Assembly (NCBI RefSeq): GCF_004010195.1 | Contig: NC_057719.1 | Span: forward strand, 52,642,926 to 52,706,925 | Length of the DNA: 64,000 bases | Source of the DNA: Chiloscyllium plagiosum | Taxonomy: Eukaryota | Direction of reading: 5' to 3' | Shown here: piece by piece, positions 25,847-38,619 of the stretch | Layout of the letters: the number at the start of each line of letters is the position of its first letter | Numbering within the stretch: the first letter of the stretch is position 1 | Notes under the pieces: generated by a model | The model's database searches: none | Told to the model about the DNA's origin: nothing | What the model saw: the letters and a program-made list of their open reading frames with translations, nothing else | Program-made: the position numbers and the translations under genes

Positions 25847-28512
25847 TCATATTCTCACAACCCGCAATATGTACGATTTGTAAATTATAAGTCTGTAACA
25901 TAAGACTCCAATGAAATAGTTTCATATTCTTGTCTTTAAGTAATCCCAAGAATGTAAGAGGATTGTGATCCATGTGCACAACCATCTCTGGGACATCATT
26001 CGTCACATAAGCATTAAAATCTTATTAAGCCAGTTCCAAACTCAATAATTCCTTTTCGATGGTAGAGTATTTTCTCTGGTGGATGTTGAGTTTCTTTGAA
26101 AAGTAACCAACTGACTGTTCAATGCCACCATCACCTTCCTGTAACAGTACAGCTCTAACTCCTATGTCGCAAGCATCGATTTTAACTTTGAAGCGTTTCA
26201 AAATGTTTGGTGTAGCTAAAACTGGTACAATAGTTAACACTTCTTTTAAATATCAAATGCCTCCTGGCACTGTTTTGTCCACCGAATGTTTGTGTTCTTC
26301 AGCAAAGCTGTTAGCGGTGCCACTGCACTGCTGAAGTTTAGGATAAACTTCTGGTAAAATCCACTTAGTCCTAAAAATCAAAGCACCTCTTTCTTTAAGG
26401 TTGGTCATGCAAAATCCTCGATGGCTTTCGTTTTTGTGTTCTTTGTGGTCTACCTTCCATGACTGATGTTATGTCCCAAGGAAGTCACCTCTGCTTTTGC
26501 AAATTCCATTTTCTTTAAGTTTATTACCAGTTTCGCTTCTCTTAATCATTCAAAGAGCTATGCCAACTGTACCATATGATCTTTCCATGACTTACTATAA
26601 ATCATTACATCATCCAGATAGACTTCACATTTTGTTAACCCATCCACAACTCTGTTCATGAGTTTTTGGAAGTTGTGTTCTTCATTCCAAAGGGTATCAC
26701 TTTGAATTGATATAGCCCATTTGGGTTACAAATGCAAAAATTTCTTTTGCTTTCTCTAATAAAGGTACCTGCCAGTAACCATGCAGTAAGTTCAACTTTG
26801 TGATGTAACTGACTTGTCCCACTTTCTCTATACAGTCCTCCAATCTTGGTACTGGGTACGAGTCTGCTTTTGTTATGGTGTTGATCTTCCGATAACACAC
26901 AAAGCTATCAGTTTTGGGAATTAACACAATTGGCAAACTCCACTCGCTCTGACACAGTTTGATGATGTCTTCATTGAGCAGCGCGTCCACTTCCTTCTGG
27001 ACTTGTGTAGCTTTGAAAGGATTACGTCTGTAGGGGTGTTGTTTTATCAGAAAGGCATTCTCTACATCTACCTCATGCACAATAGCATTAGTCCTCCCTA
27101 GCTTATTCCTGCATATGCTCTCATACTGCTGCAACACACCTTTCAACTGTGTTCTTTGCTCTTTATGCAGATAGCTCACTAACGTTTCCCACTCCTCAAG
27201 GACTTCCTCATTGTTTAACGTACTTTGAGGCACATCAAACTCCACAACACCTGAATTTTATTCCTCACTCTATGAGCAGTAACTAATACCTGTTCCTCCA
27301 GTTGGATCTTGCCAAATCATTCCCCAAAACAAACAGTATTCCTGGAACTGACACTCTGTCAATCACTCCCACTGTAACTTCCCCAGTCTTGAGTTGGCAC
27401 TCCTACCAGGACTTACATAGGAGAACGCTAAATTTCTATCCATCTATCCCCCAAATTACCATTATCTCGGGTAACAGGTCAGAAAGAGTGCAAATACGTT
27501 CACTTCTTACTATTGAAGACTGGTTAGGTTCTGTATATCTCAAAATTATAACTTCTTGTCCTTCGCCCCTGTTCTTTCTGAGTAAACTTTACCCATAGAG
27601 ATAAATTCTTTATAGAGATCAGGCACTAACTCAGTACCTGCCTACGCTCTCCTACATCTCCTCGGCTCTTCTTATAGTCTCCTTTACTACTTTCATTAAT
27701 GTCACTGGCCTAGCCTCTTTTACCACATCTTTTCCCACAGTCCCTTTCTTTAATGACCAGCACTGTAACTTTACGGTTCCCACTCTACCACAGTGGAAAC
27801 ACCTGAGGTCTTTCACCTCCTTTTCACTCTCTTGGGCTTGTTTTTTAACCTGTGGTAAGTGATTACCAGTGTTCTCTACTCTTGTAGTGTAGGATCTCCC
27901 CTTCTCCCAATTTCTGTCCCTCAAGGGATGAAATTCTTGCCGCAAGCTAAACTTTGTATTATGTACCAATGTTTATTCATCTATCCCTGCTGTCCTTCTT
28001 ACTTCTTGAACTTTCTGTTCATCCACATGAATTCTTATCATCTCTGGAAGTGAGTTTTTAAACTCCTCAGCAGAATACTCTCTCGTAGGTCCTCATAGGT
28101 CTTATCTATTTTTAAGGTCTGCACCCATCTATCAAAATTACTGTGTTTAATTCTTTCAATCTCAACAGAAGTCTGAATTTGTTCCATTTTTGTGTTTCTG
28201 AACCACTGTCTACACACTTCTGGTAGCAATTCATAAGCATTTAAAATAGTCTGGTTCACCACTTCATAATCTCTTGAACCCTCATCTGACAATGTGGCAA
28301 ATACCTCACTAGCTCTACCTATCAGTTTTGTCTGAACTAGCATTACCCATAATTTCTCTGACCAGTCTATCTGCCTAGCCAATTTTTCAAATGAAATAAA
28401 GAAGGCTTCAACATCTTTCTCATCAAAATGTGGCAGTGTTTTAGCATATTTGTTTATGCCACTACCTTCTCTCTTCATCCCCATTCTGTTAGCTTGACAT
28501 TTCTGACTAAGT

Positions 28513-28612
28513 GGAAGTGAGAACTGCAGTGGAAGTGAGATGCTGGAGGATCCTCCTGCTCCTGCCTCCTTGGATGCTGCCTAACCTGCAGTGCTTTGCC
28601 AACACCACACTC
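28513..28612. mobile_element. Short palindromic Penelope pLTR nested in the gag of element 1
   Basis: GAAGTGAGAACTGCAG...GATGCTGGAG / CTCCTTGGATGCTGCCTAACCTG...CACCACACTC; absent from the matching position in element 2 (~43800). Confidence 0.7.
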
Positions 28613-29323
28613 TCTTTCCTGATAAAGTTTCAACTTCTGAAGTTCAAATTCTCACTCCTTTTTTCTTTCTTTTCTCTTTTTCTCTTGCTCCATTTCTTCT
28701 CTCCCTCCTTTTCTCTCTTTGTCTTTCTTCTCTGTCTCTCTCTTTGCTCAGCTAAGAACCTTCTCTCTCTTTCTTTTTTCTCTCTTTCTTTTTCCTTTCT
28801 CTCTCTTTCTCCTCTCTCTCTGTCTCTCTCTTTCTCTCTTCCTTTGTTTTTCCTCTCTCTCTCTTTGTTTATCTTCTAACTCCATTTTCCTTAATTGTAA
28901 AGTTTTTCTAACTCTACTGCACTTTTCTGTTTTTCTGACACACCTAAGTGTTTGAGTAACTCCCTTACAATTTAAGCTTTACTTGTGTCCCTGGTTAGAT
29001 CCAAATCTAACCTATTTGCGAATTGTAAACGTACAGTCTCTTTCTGACTTACTAAATTTTCTTGGCAAATTTGGGAATCCTCTTCAAACCCCAAAACCTC
29101 TTTAGCAATCTTAAGAGCCATTTCTCTCACTTTTAATTTAACCACCACAAGTAACAAAAATTAAACACATTGTCTCACCTGTCTGTATTTTAAAGATCTT
29201 GGAAACTAATTGGCAAGTGTTTACATCTGCTGGGATTTTTCGTACCCCAAGTCTATTCAAATCTGTCCAAATCTCAGACTGAATCTGTCTAAACCTGTCC
29301 AAATCCTGGACGAGCCCACAAAC

Positions 29324-30091
29324 AGTTACAACACAGTGGTGAACCCCTCTGCTAATTAAACTGAACACCCAGAAAACCTCACCTTGCCTTATAATCTGTT
29401 AAAGTATGAATGACAGATAACTCTCAAATTCCACTATTTAAAGAAAACAAACAATTTATTCTTTAACTCTAAAAGTGAATATTAAACCACAACTATTTAC
29501 AACTCTAAGCCTCCTTTCTCCTAACTGCTTGTTATCTGCCTCCAACTCTGTAACAATATACTGTTCCCATGAATGCCCCTATTAAAATTACATCAACTTA
29601 ATTTTCAGAACCCTACATCGGCTGTTGTCTCCAATGTCTGTCTTCCTTTTACTGTAGATCTCCCTGGGTCATCTTTCGTCTTTTGATATGCAGGTATTTC
29701 ATTTGAAAAGGTACCTTTGATAGCGAGTGTTTTGCAAGCAGATTCTCTAACGATGGCAGTTTGTCACTCTTTCTGGCTAATTCTGAAAATGCTGGCTTCC
29801 TTATATCCCAAACATTGGATCATCTCATTGGTTCAACATTGTCAAAAACAGTAAAATTCAAATTCGTTTGGGTTTTAGTATCATGGAACATAATTTAAAC
29901 TGATTGGTTAAATTCAAATTGTTGTGAAAACATAGCAATCAAAAGTCACAGCCAAATGTTATATATTTTCAATTTTTCCAGTACACTCTGAGACTGTGAG
30001 TCAGCCACATGACAGGTCCCTGCAAGCTGTCAGTGCAAAACAGCCTTCACTCTCTCTTAAAGGTACCGTACACCCTTTCAAATTCATAACA
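29324..30091 (-). repeat. 5' LTR of Gmr1-like element 1
   Basis: Repeat of 24626-25385, adjacent to the PBS. Confidence 0.92.
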
Positions 30092-31889
30092 ATAGATATG
30101 CACAGGTAAGGTATTTGGGGGCTCTTTCGAGTAATGTTGGACACATTAACAGATTTTCACCAGCATATGCCTAGGCTTGCGATCTTAGCAGCAGATCTCC
30201 ATTCAGGGTCTGGCAGTGTGAACCTACACCCACCAAGTTCTCCTATTTGCACTTTATTTTCAGCTATGAATGATGTGTGTTCAGGCTGAGTTCATGTTTA
30301 ATGCTTTTGGATTGTGTAACTGCTTTAGATTTGTTTCACGGATCCCAGTGATGCAATTCCACCCCTTCCCCAATGGTCCACCAGAGAGGAGTCAGCTCAG
30401 ATACCAGAAAGAGAAAGCCGTATCCAACACTTCATCATTTTCATCATTTGACTCTGTAGGCACCAGCCCAGAGACCTGCAGTCCAATGGATATACCTGTG
30501 ATCATTTAATGTAGAGCACTGGATGATAAGCCCAACAGACATGTGCAGGACGGAAAGGTCAGAGGCAGACATTTGTATAGACAATGCTGTCATTATGTCC
30601 CCTCACACAAGTTGAGGGTAGTCACAGCAATGTTCCGTGTTGTAGTGAGATAGGGCCTCAAATATGTCAGTTTGGGTTATTCTCCAGTGTTTGAGCCCAC
30701 AGCAGCTGACGATTGCCATCTATCTGAGCTCCCTGATACACTGAACACTCATGCACTGTGAGTGGAGGCATTTGTGGAGGTCATAGCCTTGAATTAGGTT
30801 ATCAAATGTATGAGCTCTAGCCAAGAGAGAATGAGTAGCCTCATAGTGAGCTGTATGCAGCAGCACCTGGAGTATTTACAAAACCAGTGAAATGTGTAGA
30901 TCTGTGGCAGTAATGAGGAAAGGGCTAAGCATCTTGTACAGCCCATCGTACGCTGACTGATTAGCAGAAGGAGAGATTCTGGAAGAAGGTGATCAGATAA
31001 ATGATGATGATCACATGACCTTGGCATCAGGAAGATCAAAGGCATTGATCTAGAATGAGGAATAGAGAGCAAGGTCTTAAAAACAAGAGACTTATATTGA
31101 GAACTTACTATTTTAAGATTTAAATAAAGGGATGTTCCAGAACATAAGGAAACAAAGAGCTAAACTCATTATGAGGAACAAGCAGACTCAAGGTCAGTAT
31201 GTATGTGACCACTCAGAGATAATCCAGACTGGCATCTCAAAGCTTGGGTAGCAATGTTAGTTTAAAGTGCAACATATAAGTGCAACATATAGCAGTTACC
31301 AGCTACCTCCCAGTAATAGAACACTTCCAGCTACTTAGAGACTTTAGCAAGAGCTGAGGAATCTCCCAACGAGGGTGAATATTCCCTGCAAGCCGAATCT
31401 CACCATTCTCAGTTTCCTCAGCCTCTCAGACTAACACATCCATTTGTTAGATAGAACCAAGTGAGAATGACTACCCCTACAGAAATATAGGTAGTGCAGT
31501 CCCAGGAAATGTTCCTCACAACCATCACCACATAGTCAGAGATCAAAGCTGCCAGCCCCCATCACCTTCAAACCAACAAAGTTTATTGTAGATAGTTGGA
31601 TCCAGGACACCGCGTCGTTTCAGCAGTAAGCAGATCACAGTTAGACTTTCATATCATTAATGTGTAATAATGAAGTGAACAGATATACAATGATAAAAGA
31701 TGACATGGAAAATGCTAAGTAGTTGTGCAATAAATATAATAGTTACAAGGCAGTGTGTGGTCAGAAATCATGATTTTCTGATTGGGCCAACTGTACATAG
31801 CATTCAGTAAGCCTTCCTCATGTACCATATATGTTTGAAGGCATAATACCTCAACCTTCATCCGGCCACTTTAGTTGAATCTATTATTT

Positions 31890-32260
31890 GAGGCAGTAGT
31901 GGTAATATCACAGAAATAGTAATCCAGAGATATGAACTAAAGCTTTGAGAATACTGGTTAAAATCCAATGAATAAATCAGGAACATAAAACTTGTCTTAG
32001 TAATGAAATTATGGCATGATGCTACTGTCGATTGTTGTAGAAATCCACCTGGTTTACTAATGGCTTTTAAAATAAAGAAATCTGCTATCCTTATCTGGTC
32101 TGGTCTACATATGTCACCACATCTATAGCAATATTGTTGACTCTTGACTGCCCTCTGAAATAGCCTGGAGAGACATTTAGTTCAAAAGCAGTAAGTGATG
32201 TGTAATGAAGGCTGCCCTTGTTAATATGCTCACAATCCATGAAAGAGTAAGGAAAAAAAG
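31890..32260 (+). mobile_element. tRNA-head SINE with L2-like tail (degraded)
   Basis: AGTGGTAATATCAC...TAATCCAGAG head and body shared with 40890-41290. Confidence 0.55.
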
Positions 32261-32783
32261 AGCAATGAATCTACATGAGATGGACATATTCTTGGCTATG
32301 AAGGTAGTGTAAATGGAATTCTGTGTTCTCTGCAGCCGTGTCGTACACTCCATTTTTGTTAAGCTTCCAATGGTCCTTTCTCCTCTGTCACACGCCTTCC
32401 TCATTCTCTTTCTCCTTCAAATCCTTTTGATCCTCCTCCACTATCTCTTCTTCATCCTCAGTGCATGAATAACTTTGGTCAATCTGTTCAATTCCCAATT
32501 GGCTTCTCCCACGGTAATCATCACATTAATGATAGCATTATTACCTTTTCCTGATTCATTCTTTGATATGCCAATCACTTTATAAAATGATCCTTTTTAT
32601 CATAGCTTATCAAGTCTATTGATCATTACCAAGATCAGATGGCACCAATGAACAACTTATGCAACTGCCTATGGTATGCGGTGTTGACTTCTAATCATTA
32701 ATTATTATCCTAAATGTTCCTATTCATATATCCATGTATTTTCGATAATACGTATATCCATGTAAATCAATATCCTTGAATTA

Positions 32784-33135
32784 CAGGTGCACAATCTTTT
32801 ATCTGAAATGCTTGGGACCAACTGGTTTTCAGAATTCAGAATATTTTGAATTTCAGAATAACTGACAGTTTGACAGTGATTTTTTTAAAAAAATCTTCCC
32901 AAAGAACAGACTTACTGTGAGTAAAATGGGCCAGGAAATAGAATTGAGGCCTGCCAGTGTTGGGCCATGCCACCCCCCACCCCCCCATGTCACATCTGAG
33001 AGATACACACCAAATGGGTGTGGAGTTGGATTCACTGTTTGCATGCCAAACAAACTTGTTAATGAGAAAAAATTTCACAAAAACACCTTTGGACTTCAGA
33101 GCTTTTCAGATTTCGGATAAAGGATTGTCAACCTG
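32784..33135. mobile_element. Tigger4/MER46-like MITE
   Basis: TIRs CAGGTGCACAATCTTTTATCTGAAAT and ATTTCGGATAAAGGATTGTCAACCTG, TA TSDs, subterminal GCTTGGGACC. Confidence 0.85.
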
Positions 33136-33639
33136 TAAAAGAACCATATTCAACTCTAAAACTACTAATGCCGAAAATAAATCAAACCACTTAATAATTA
33201 TATAATACCAATATGCATAGGCCTGTACATATTTTAAATTTAGGGCTAAGTTATTTTAAAACATCGTTGTGTCTTTGAATAAAGGCTTTTTTCCTCAAAG
33301 CATATTTACATGAGTTAACTGAAGTTTATTCTAGCCTGAGCTATAAAAACAACCGTAAACCTTTACTTTGACTCTGACCTTGTAGCTTTCTTCATTGTAC
33401 AAATTACTTCATAATGGCCCCAATTAAACAGTTAAACAATTAAACAATTAAACAGTTTCTCGCTTGTTTAATCAAATCAACATGATTGAAAAATAATTCA
33501 ATCCTATAGTAGTTCCCTGTTTTGTAACTATAATTGTTTGGATTATGCATGGAACCATTAATGCGACATGCAATCAATAATGCCTTGCACCAGTGGGGAC
33601 TCAGTTATGAAGGCAAATCCTGTAACTCTCTAGGTTGAG

Positions 33640-33815
33640 GCTTCGCCTTAAAGTTGTAGGAAATAAATTCACCATGCTAGAGAAAAGTCCATTGGTGACA
33701 GTATATATGCACTTGTGAACAGTAGACCGGGAGATGTCATGCAAGGAGGTTGCAGATCTTTGTGAAGTGTTAGTATCCATGATGTTAAAGGCCATTATTG
33801 ACTTCAACATGAGGC
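33640..33815 (-). mobile_element. Harbinger (HARBI1-like) transposase remnant
   Basis: MAFNIMDTNTSQRSATSLHDISRSTVHKCIYTVTNGLF...LFP resembles the Harbinger HTH region. Confidence 0.5.
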
Positions 33816-35749
33816 TTATTTTATTATTTGCTACCTCTATTTACATATTTTGTCAGAGCTGAACATTTAGCCCTTGCTATTTTTTTCTTGACTACTGGGC
33901 AGTATATGTGTTTTGTTTGTTCGGTGAGATGGACACTGAAAATGTCTTTGCATATGTTTGTTACTGCACGTGAAGCCTCTGACTTTCAGAGACAACTGAC
34001 ATGAAGGATCATGTAAATCAATTTGAAATATTAGGATCGCTTCAGTCAAAAGGCAACTTTGTCCAGTGACAGACCATAGATAGTGCATGTCTGTTTCATG
34101 AACTGAGCCAGCACAGTTTGATGGTTTGATTGGCTTCCTTCTGTGCTGAAAATATTCTGATTCTGTGAATCATGTACATTGGTAAAAGTTCATCCACAAC
34201 CTGGAGGCTTTCAGCCCACTATGTGTTTCCACGTAGAGCCACTTACTAATGGCCTGCAGGCCTGTTGAGACCACATGGAGTGATCGACACAGAATTTTGA
34301 TTTCTCTATAACAGTATCAAAGAGCTTGGAGGAGATTCAGCACAATCTCTTTCAGAGATTAAAGAATTACAACTGGTACTATCCAAGCTGTATGCACATA
34401 TCTAAGGGCATTATTTTTCCTTTCCAGTTTTGTGTTATTAAACTGTAAATAGCTAGCAGCTATCTGTCTGTCTGTAGAACTGTAGACTCATGGTCATCAG
34501 GTGCATATAACACAGTCATGGACTGAGGATCAAAAATTCTACATGTGTTCTAAACCAAGTATATTAATACAGTTCAATACCTATAATTCCTGAGTATGAA
34601 ATTTGGAAAGGAACTATAGCTAATACATTGCAATGATACAAGTTTAATTGCTTATAAAACCAATAAAAATTATATTAAATTTCCAACCCCAATTGAAAAA
34701 GGTAACATTCATTTCCATTGTGTTTCTAATAAAAATTAGCACAATTATAATTAAAGGTGAACTATTCACCAGGTAGTACAAAAGCTTGAGTTTTGCTGAG
34801 AAAAGAAAAATATTGCTGTAGATTTTCATTGTGCACTCATCAAGCTGCACGTATCCTGTTGAATGCAAGATAAAAAGGTGAACTGCTTGTGAGTTTCAGC
34901 CTATGAGGCACAACTGCATCCAATGTTATTGCTTTTTTCATCTAACTATTAAACAATCTGTGTTAGCTAGAAAGTATTGGAATTAATGCAGAACACTGAC
35001 TGGCCTTTTGAAGTATGGAAATTATAACCTGAAACTATTCATAAATAATTCATGCAGTCTCCAAACCAGCCTAATGTAAAGACAACAAGATAGCTCTGTA
35101 ATGAGATGATTTCACCCTGTCAGATTATATCAATTTATTAGCTATATTTCAACTTGTTGCTAGGCAATGCATTTTTTTTAATAAGTTGACAAATCTCATG
35201 AGCACAGTTACTGGGAGACCTCTCAGTCTGGTTGCAAGACATGTAACAGATATCTCAAAGTAGGACTGGCCTGATTGTCTTAATTTAATAGATACTTTGC
35301 AATATTTTCTGTCCTCGAATGTCTTTATTTTAATTCATTATTGAAGATAAATTAAAAGAAGTTTGTTATGTATACCATAACAAAAGTAGGAATTATATTG
35401 AGGGCTGGCTTAGATATTGATGCAGACAAGCCAGTGGGTAGTGGTGCCAGTTCCCATAAAAGGAGAGCGTTGTTGGCAGAAAGGACATTTATTTGTATAC
35501 CATTCATCAAATTAAAAAGGCATGATTGTTGATATGGCAGGGTGATCAACTAACATTATGATAGCCCATGTAACATGGGAAAAGCTGAAAGATAAAGAGA
35601 TTGTGACAGCGAAACAAGTGGGATATGTATGTTCTGCTGTTGCTGAACTTGTTCCAGGTATTCAAGTTCTTCCTTTCTATCAATTCAATTATAATCTGGC
35701 TGAAAAAAAGAAGTCAATGTGTCAGATGTTGGCACAAAGCTACATCCAA

Positions 35750-36060
35750 ATTAGAAATATCACAGAATGCCTAACATGTGGAAACAAGCCAATTGGCCCC
35801 ACAAGTCCACACTGAACCTCTGAAGAGTATCCCACCCAGATCCATTCTCCTACATTTCCCTGACTAATGCATCTGAACACTACAGGAAATTTAGCATGGC
35901 AAATTCACCTAACCTGCACGTCTTTGGACTGTGGGAGGAAACCTATACAGACACAGGGAGGAAGTGCAAACTCCACACAATTGTCCAAGGCTGGAATTAA
36001 ACCCGGGTCCCTGGCACTGTGAGGTAACAGTGCAAACCAATGAGTCACCATGCCTCCCTA
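35750..36060 (-). mobile_element. HE1 V-SINE
   Basis: Reverse complement of the tRNA head, V-domain (TCTTTGGACTGTGGGAGGAAAC, GCAAACTCCACAC) and tail. Confidence 0.85.
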
Positions 36061-36234
36061 CTATTAATATGCTGCACTATTAATACTGAGCTGCTTTCTT
36101 TTTCTTTTTTCCAACATCAACTGTAAATGAAAGAAGTGACAATTAAAATAAAGTTCAGGCAAGTATCAGAAGCATGAGGTTAGATATTACAGGCTAAATG
36201 GTACAAGAAAAGAGAGACATGAAGGTGACAGGTA

Positions 36235-36720
36235 AGGTTAGTATGCTAATGAGATTCTAAGCTTTACAAATAAAGGCATAATGCACAAAATCCAAGAGGT
36301 TATGGTAGATCGATAAATTAAAACACTAGTTGATATGTTTCTATCAAATTGTGGGCGTCACAGTTTTGGATGTACATCAAGGCTCTGGAGAGGGCACAGA
36401 TGAGACTGAGTAAAATTGCTCCCAACTAATAGTTGTTATAGTTCTATGCTTAGGCTGAGGAAGCTGAAGTTGTTCCCCTTTGGTCAGAAAAGGACAAGAG
36501 GAGATTTGATCAAGGCGTTTAATATCAATGAGGGTTTGGATAGAGTAAAAATGTTTCCGGTAACTAAAGGGCTGATAACAAATGGAATGCATTGCCTGAT
36601 GAGGTGATGGATCTAGAGTTTGTAGTAGCCTTCTAAAGGGAATAAGATTTTTTAAAACACTTGAAGGAGAAATAATTGCACTGATATGGAAAAATAGTAG
36701 GGGAGTGGGACTGATTGGAA
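36235..36720 (+). mobile_element. Old CR1 3' remnant
   Basis: LRKLKLFPFGQKRTRGDLIKAFNI...LDRVKMFP. Confidence 0.65.
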
Positions 36721-36735
36721 TGTAATTCAGAATAG

Positions 36736-36947
36736 GCGAAAGTGAGGACTGCAGATGCTGGAGATTAGAGTCGAGAGCGTGGTGCTGGAAAAGCACAGCA
36801 TGTCAGGCAGCATCCGAGGAGCAGGAAAATAGACACTTCAGGCAAAAGTCCTTCTTGAGGATGAAGGGCTTTTGCCCGAAATGTCGATTTTCCTGCTCCT
36901 CGGATGCTGCCTGACATGCTGTGCTTTTCCAGCACTACACTCTTGAC
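36736..36947. mobile_element. Palindromic Penelope pLTR insertion with TSD
   Basis: Inverted arms around ~36858; TGTAATTCAGAA(T/C)AG at 36721-36735 and 36948-36962. Confidence 0.88.
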
Positions 36948-38619
36948 TGTAATTCAGAACAGTAAACCTTCTGTCCTCACATCTAATAATTTACTTAATA
37001 GTTCCAGTGTATTGTCTTCAATCATCATTCTTGTCAAATTTTCTAGATCTCTCAATTACCCTCTATCGAAGAAAGTAGCTTACTCTCTGTGCTATCTATT
37101 TAGTTCACAATCCTGAAATTGTGTGCTCCTTTAGAATCCCCAGGTACACAATGATTTCCCTTCAATGTGAGATATGTGTAGGTGTTGATTAACCAAAACA
37201 TTTTACAGGACTTTGCAGTCACTGCCCTGGATGTTTGTTTGCATGTAAGGCTGTCCAGAGTTGAAAGTATTTCTAGGTCTGTAGACAATACTTCTAAATA
37301 CGAATGCCTGAGTGTCAGACTTGCTGTCTGGTTTGCATTACAGGTTATAGGAGGAGTTGAGGTAGATGCCCTAGGAAATATTGTGTAGGATGCTGGCTGC
37401 AGGCACAGGCTAGGTGTTTCAGGGCTTTGGATTGTGTTCAAAATTTAAAAAGGAAGAAAAGAAATCCCTCTAGCTCTCGCACCCCCTAATATTTATAAGC
37501 TTCTGGGCCCTATTCAGTTCCATCCATGCAACGTCATTCCCCACCATGGCACTTCATACCCTCCATGCCAACCTGTGTTCCTTCACTCACCTATATAGCT
37601 CTCTTAAAAGATCCATAACAAAATATTTCCCTATACCAACCCTCAAGACCTCCAATTTTCTACATGCCAATCATTGCCCCTTACCCAAATCCAAATGTCT
37701 TTTAATAGCAAACAATGACAACTCATGACAACAGAGCTCTAATTATAGGCCAATCAAGATTAATTATTTTGTCAATGTTTGTTTACGCATCTGAAATACA
37801 ATAAGCCTATGTAAACATCTGCTGGGAGGCAACCTGAAATATTCTGTCACAAAACTGTTTATCTTAATAAACCTGACATGCCAATATCCAGGGCTAGTGT
37901 CGAAACTGGCAAAATACAATTTCTTGTGTCTTCCTGGAAGTTGATTTGTATAGATCCTCAAAATAACTACTTGTTCTTTTTGGTGATTTTCATTGGCACA
38001 ATTTGAAACTTCATTTTCCAACTCTGGCTAAATGTTTGCTTTCAAACAGGTAGAAATTCATAGGGAAAGTAATGTTGACTTCTTTTAAAACTACTGATTT
38101 CTATATTCAGTGTTTCCTTTTTAATATTATTAACATAAATATCAACAATGTATTTAATAAATACTTTGAGTGAGGTGTTGGACTCCTGCTGTTCCTATAT
38201 TCCAAAAAATATGAAACTAAATTCAAACTAATGCAATACAGAAATAATATAATCAAATATATTCAAAGAGCTCAATATTCATTGAGCCAATATAGAAGCC
38301 AACAGTTTCATGAAATTTGATGTAGCCCATGATAGGTAAGTTATTCAAAAATGGCTCTGAATATGAGCTTGGAACATACAAATGCACAAGCAGTAAAACT
38401 GATGCTTCAAGAGTAACTGGGCTTTTGTTAGTGTTAGCCTGCAGTTTTACTGAACCTTCCTTGCCTTCTTGACAAACTTGAACATACATATGTTGAAGGG
38501 ACAACATTTACTTTTTGGAGAAAATGATGTGGCTTACTTAACAGGATTATGTTTTGCACTTCAAAACACCAGAAATGTACCAAATAAAGTCTACCATAAC
38601 TCAGCTAATTCATTACCAT

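Larger units (their letters stand above)
24626..30091 (-). mobile_element. Gmr1-like Gypsy LTR retrotransposon, integrase-deleted, decayed
   Basis: LTRs 24626-25385 and 29324-30091, TSD ATAG/ATAG, PPT 25386-25400, tRNA-Pro-like PBS ~29300-29320. Gag from ATG 29121 (LPHFDEKDVEAFFISFEK, CFHCGRVG), RT (QHPYR, DSYPVPR, GYWQV, YLDD 26609-26620), RH (DACDIGV, YSTIEKELL, DHNPL). Confidence 0.93.

Noticed and set aside
28511..28955. Hydrophobic L/S/F-rich ORFs resembling membrane proteins
   Set aside because: They are the antisense of the AG-rich gag tract.
30560..30800. Possible Harbinger transposase C-terminal remnant on the minus strand
   Set aside because: Resemblance is too faint to support without an HMM search.
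37150..37440. Possible GIY-YIG C-terminal remnant or coding exon
   Set aside because: No convincing motif; cannot be called by eye.
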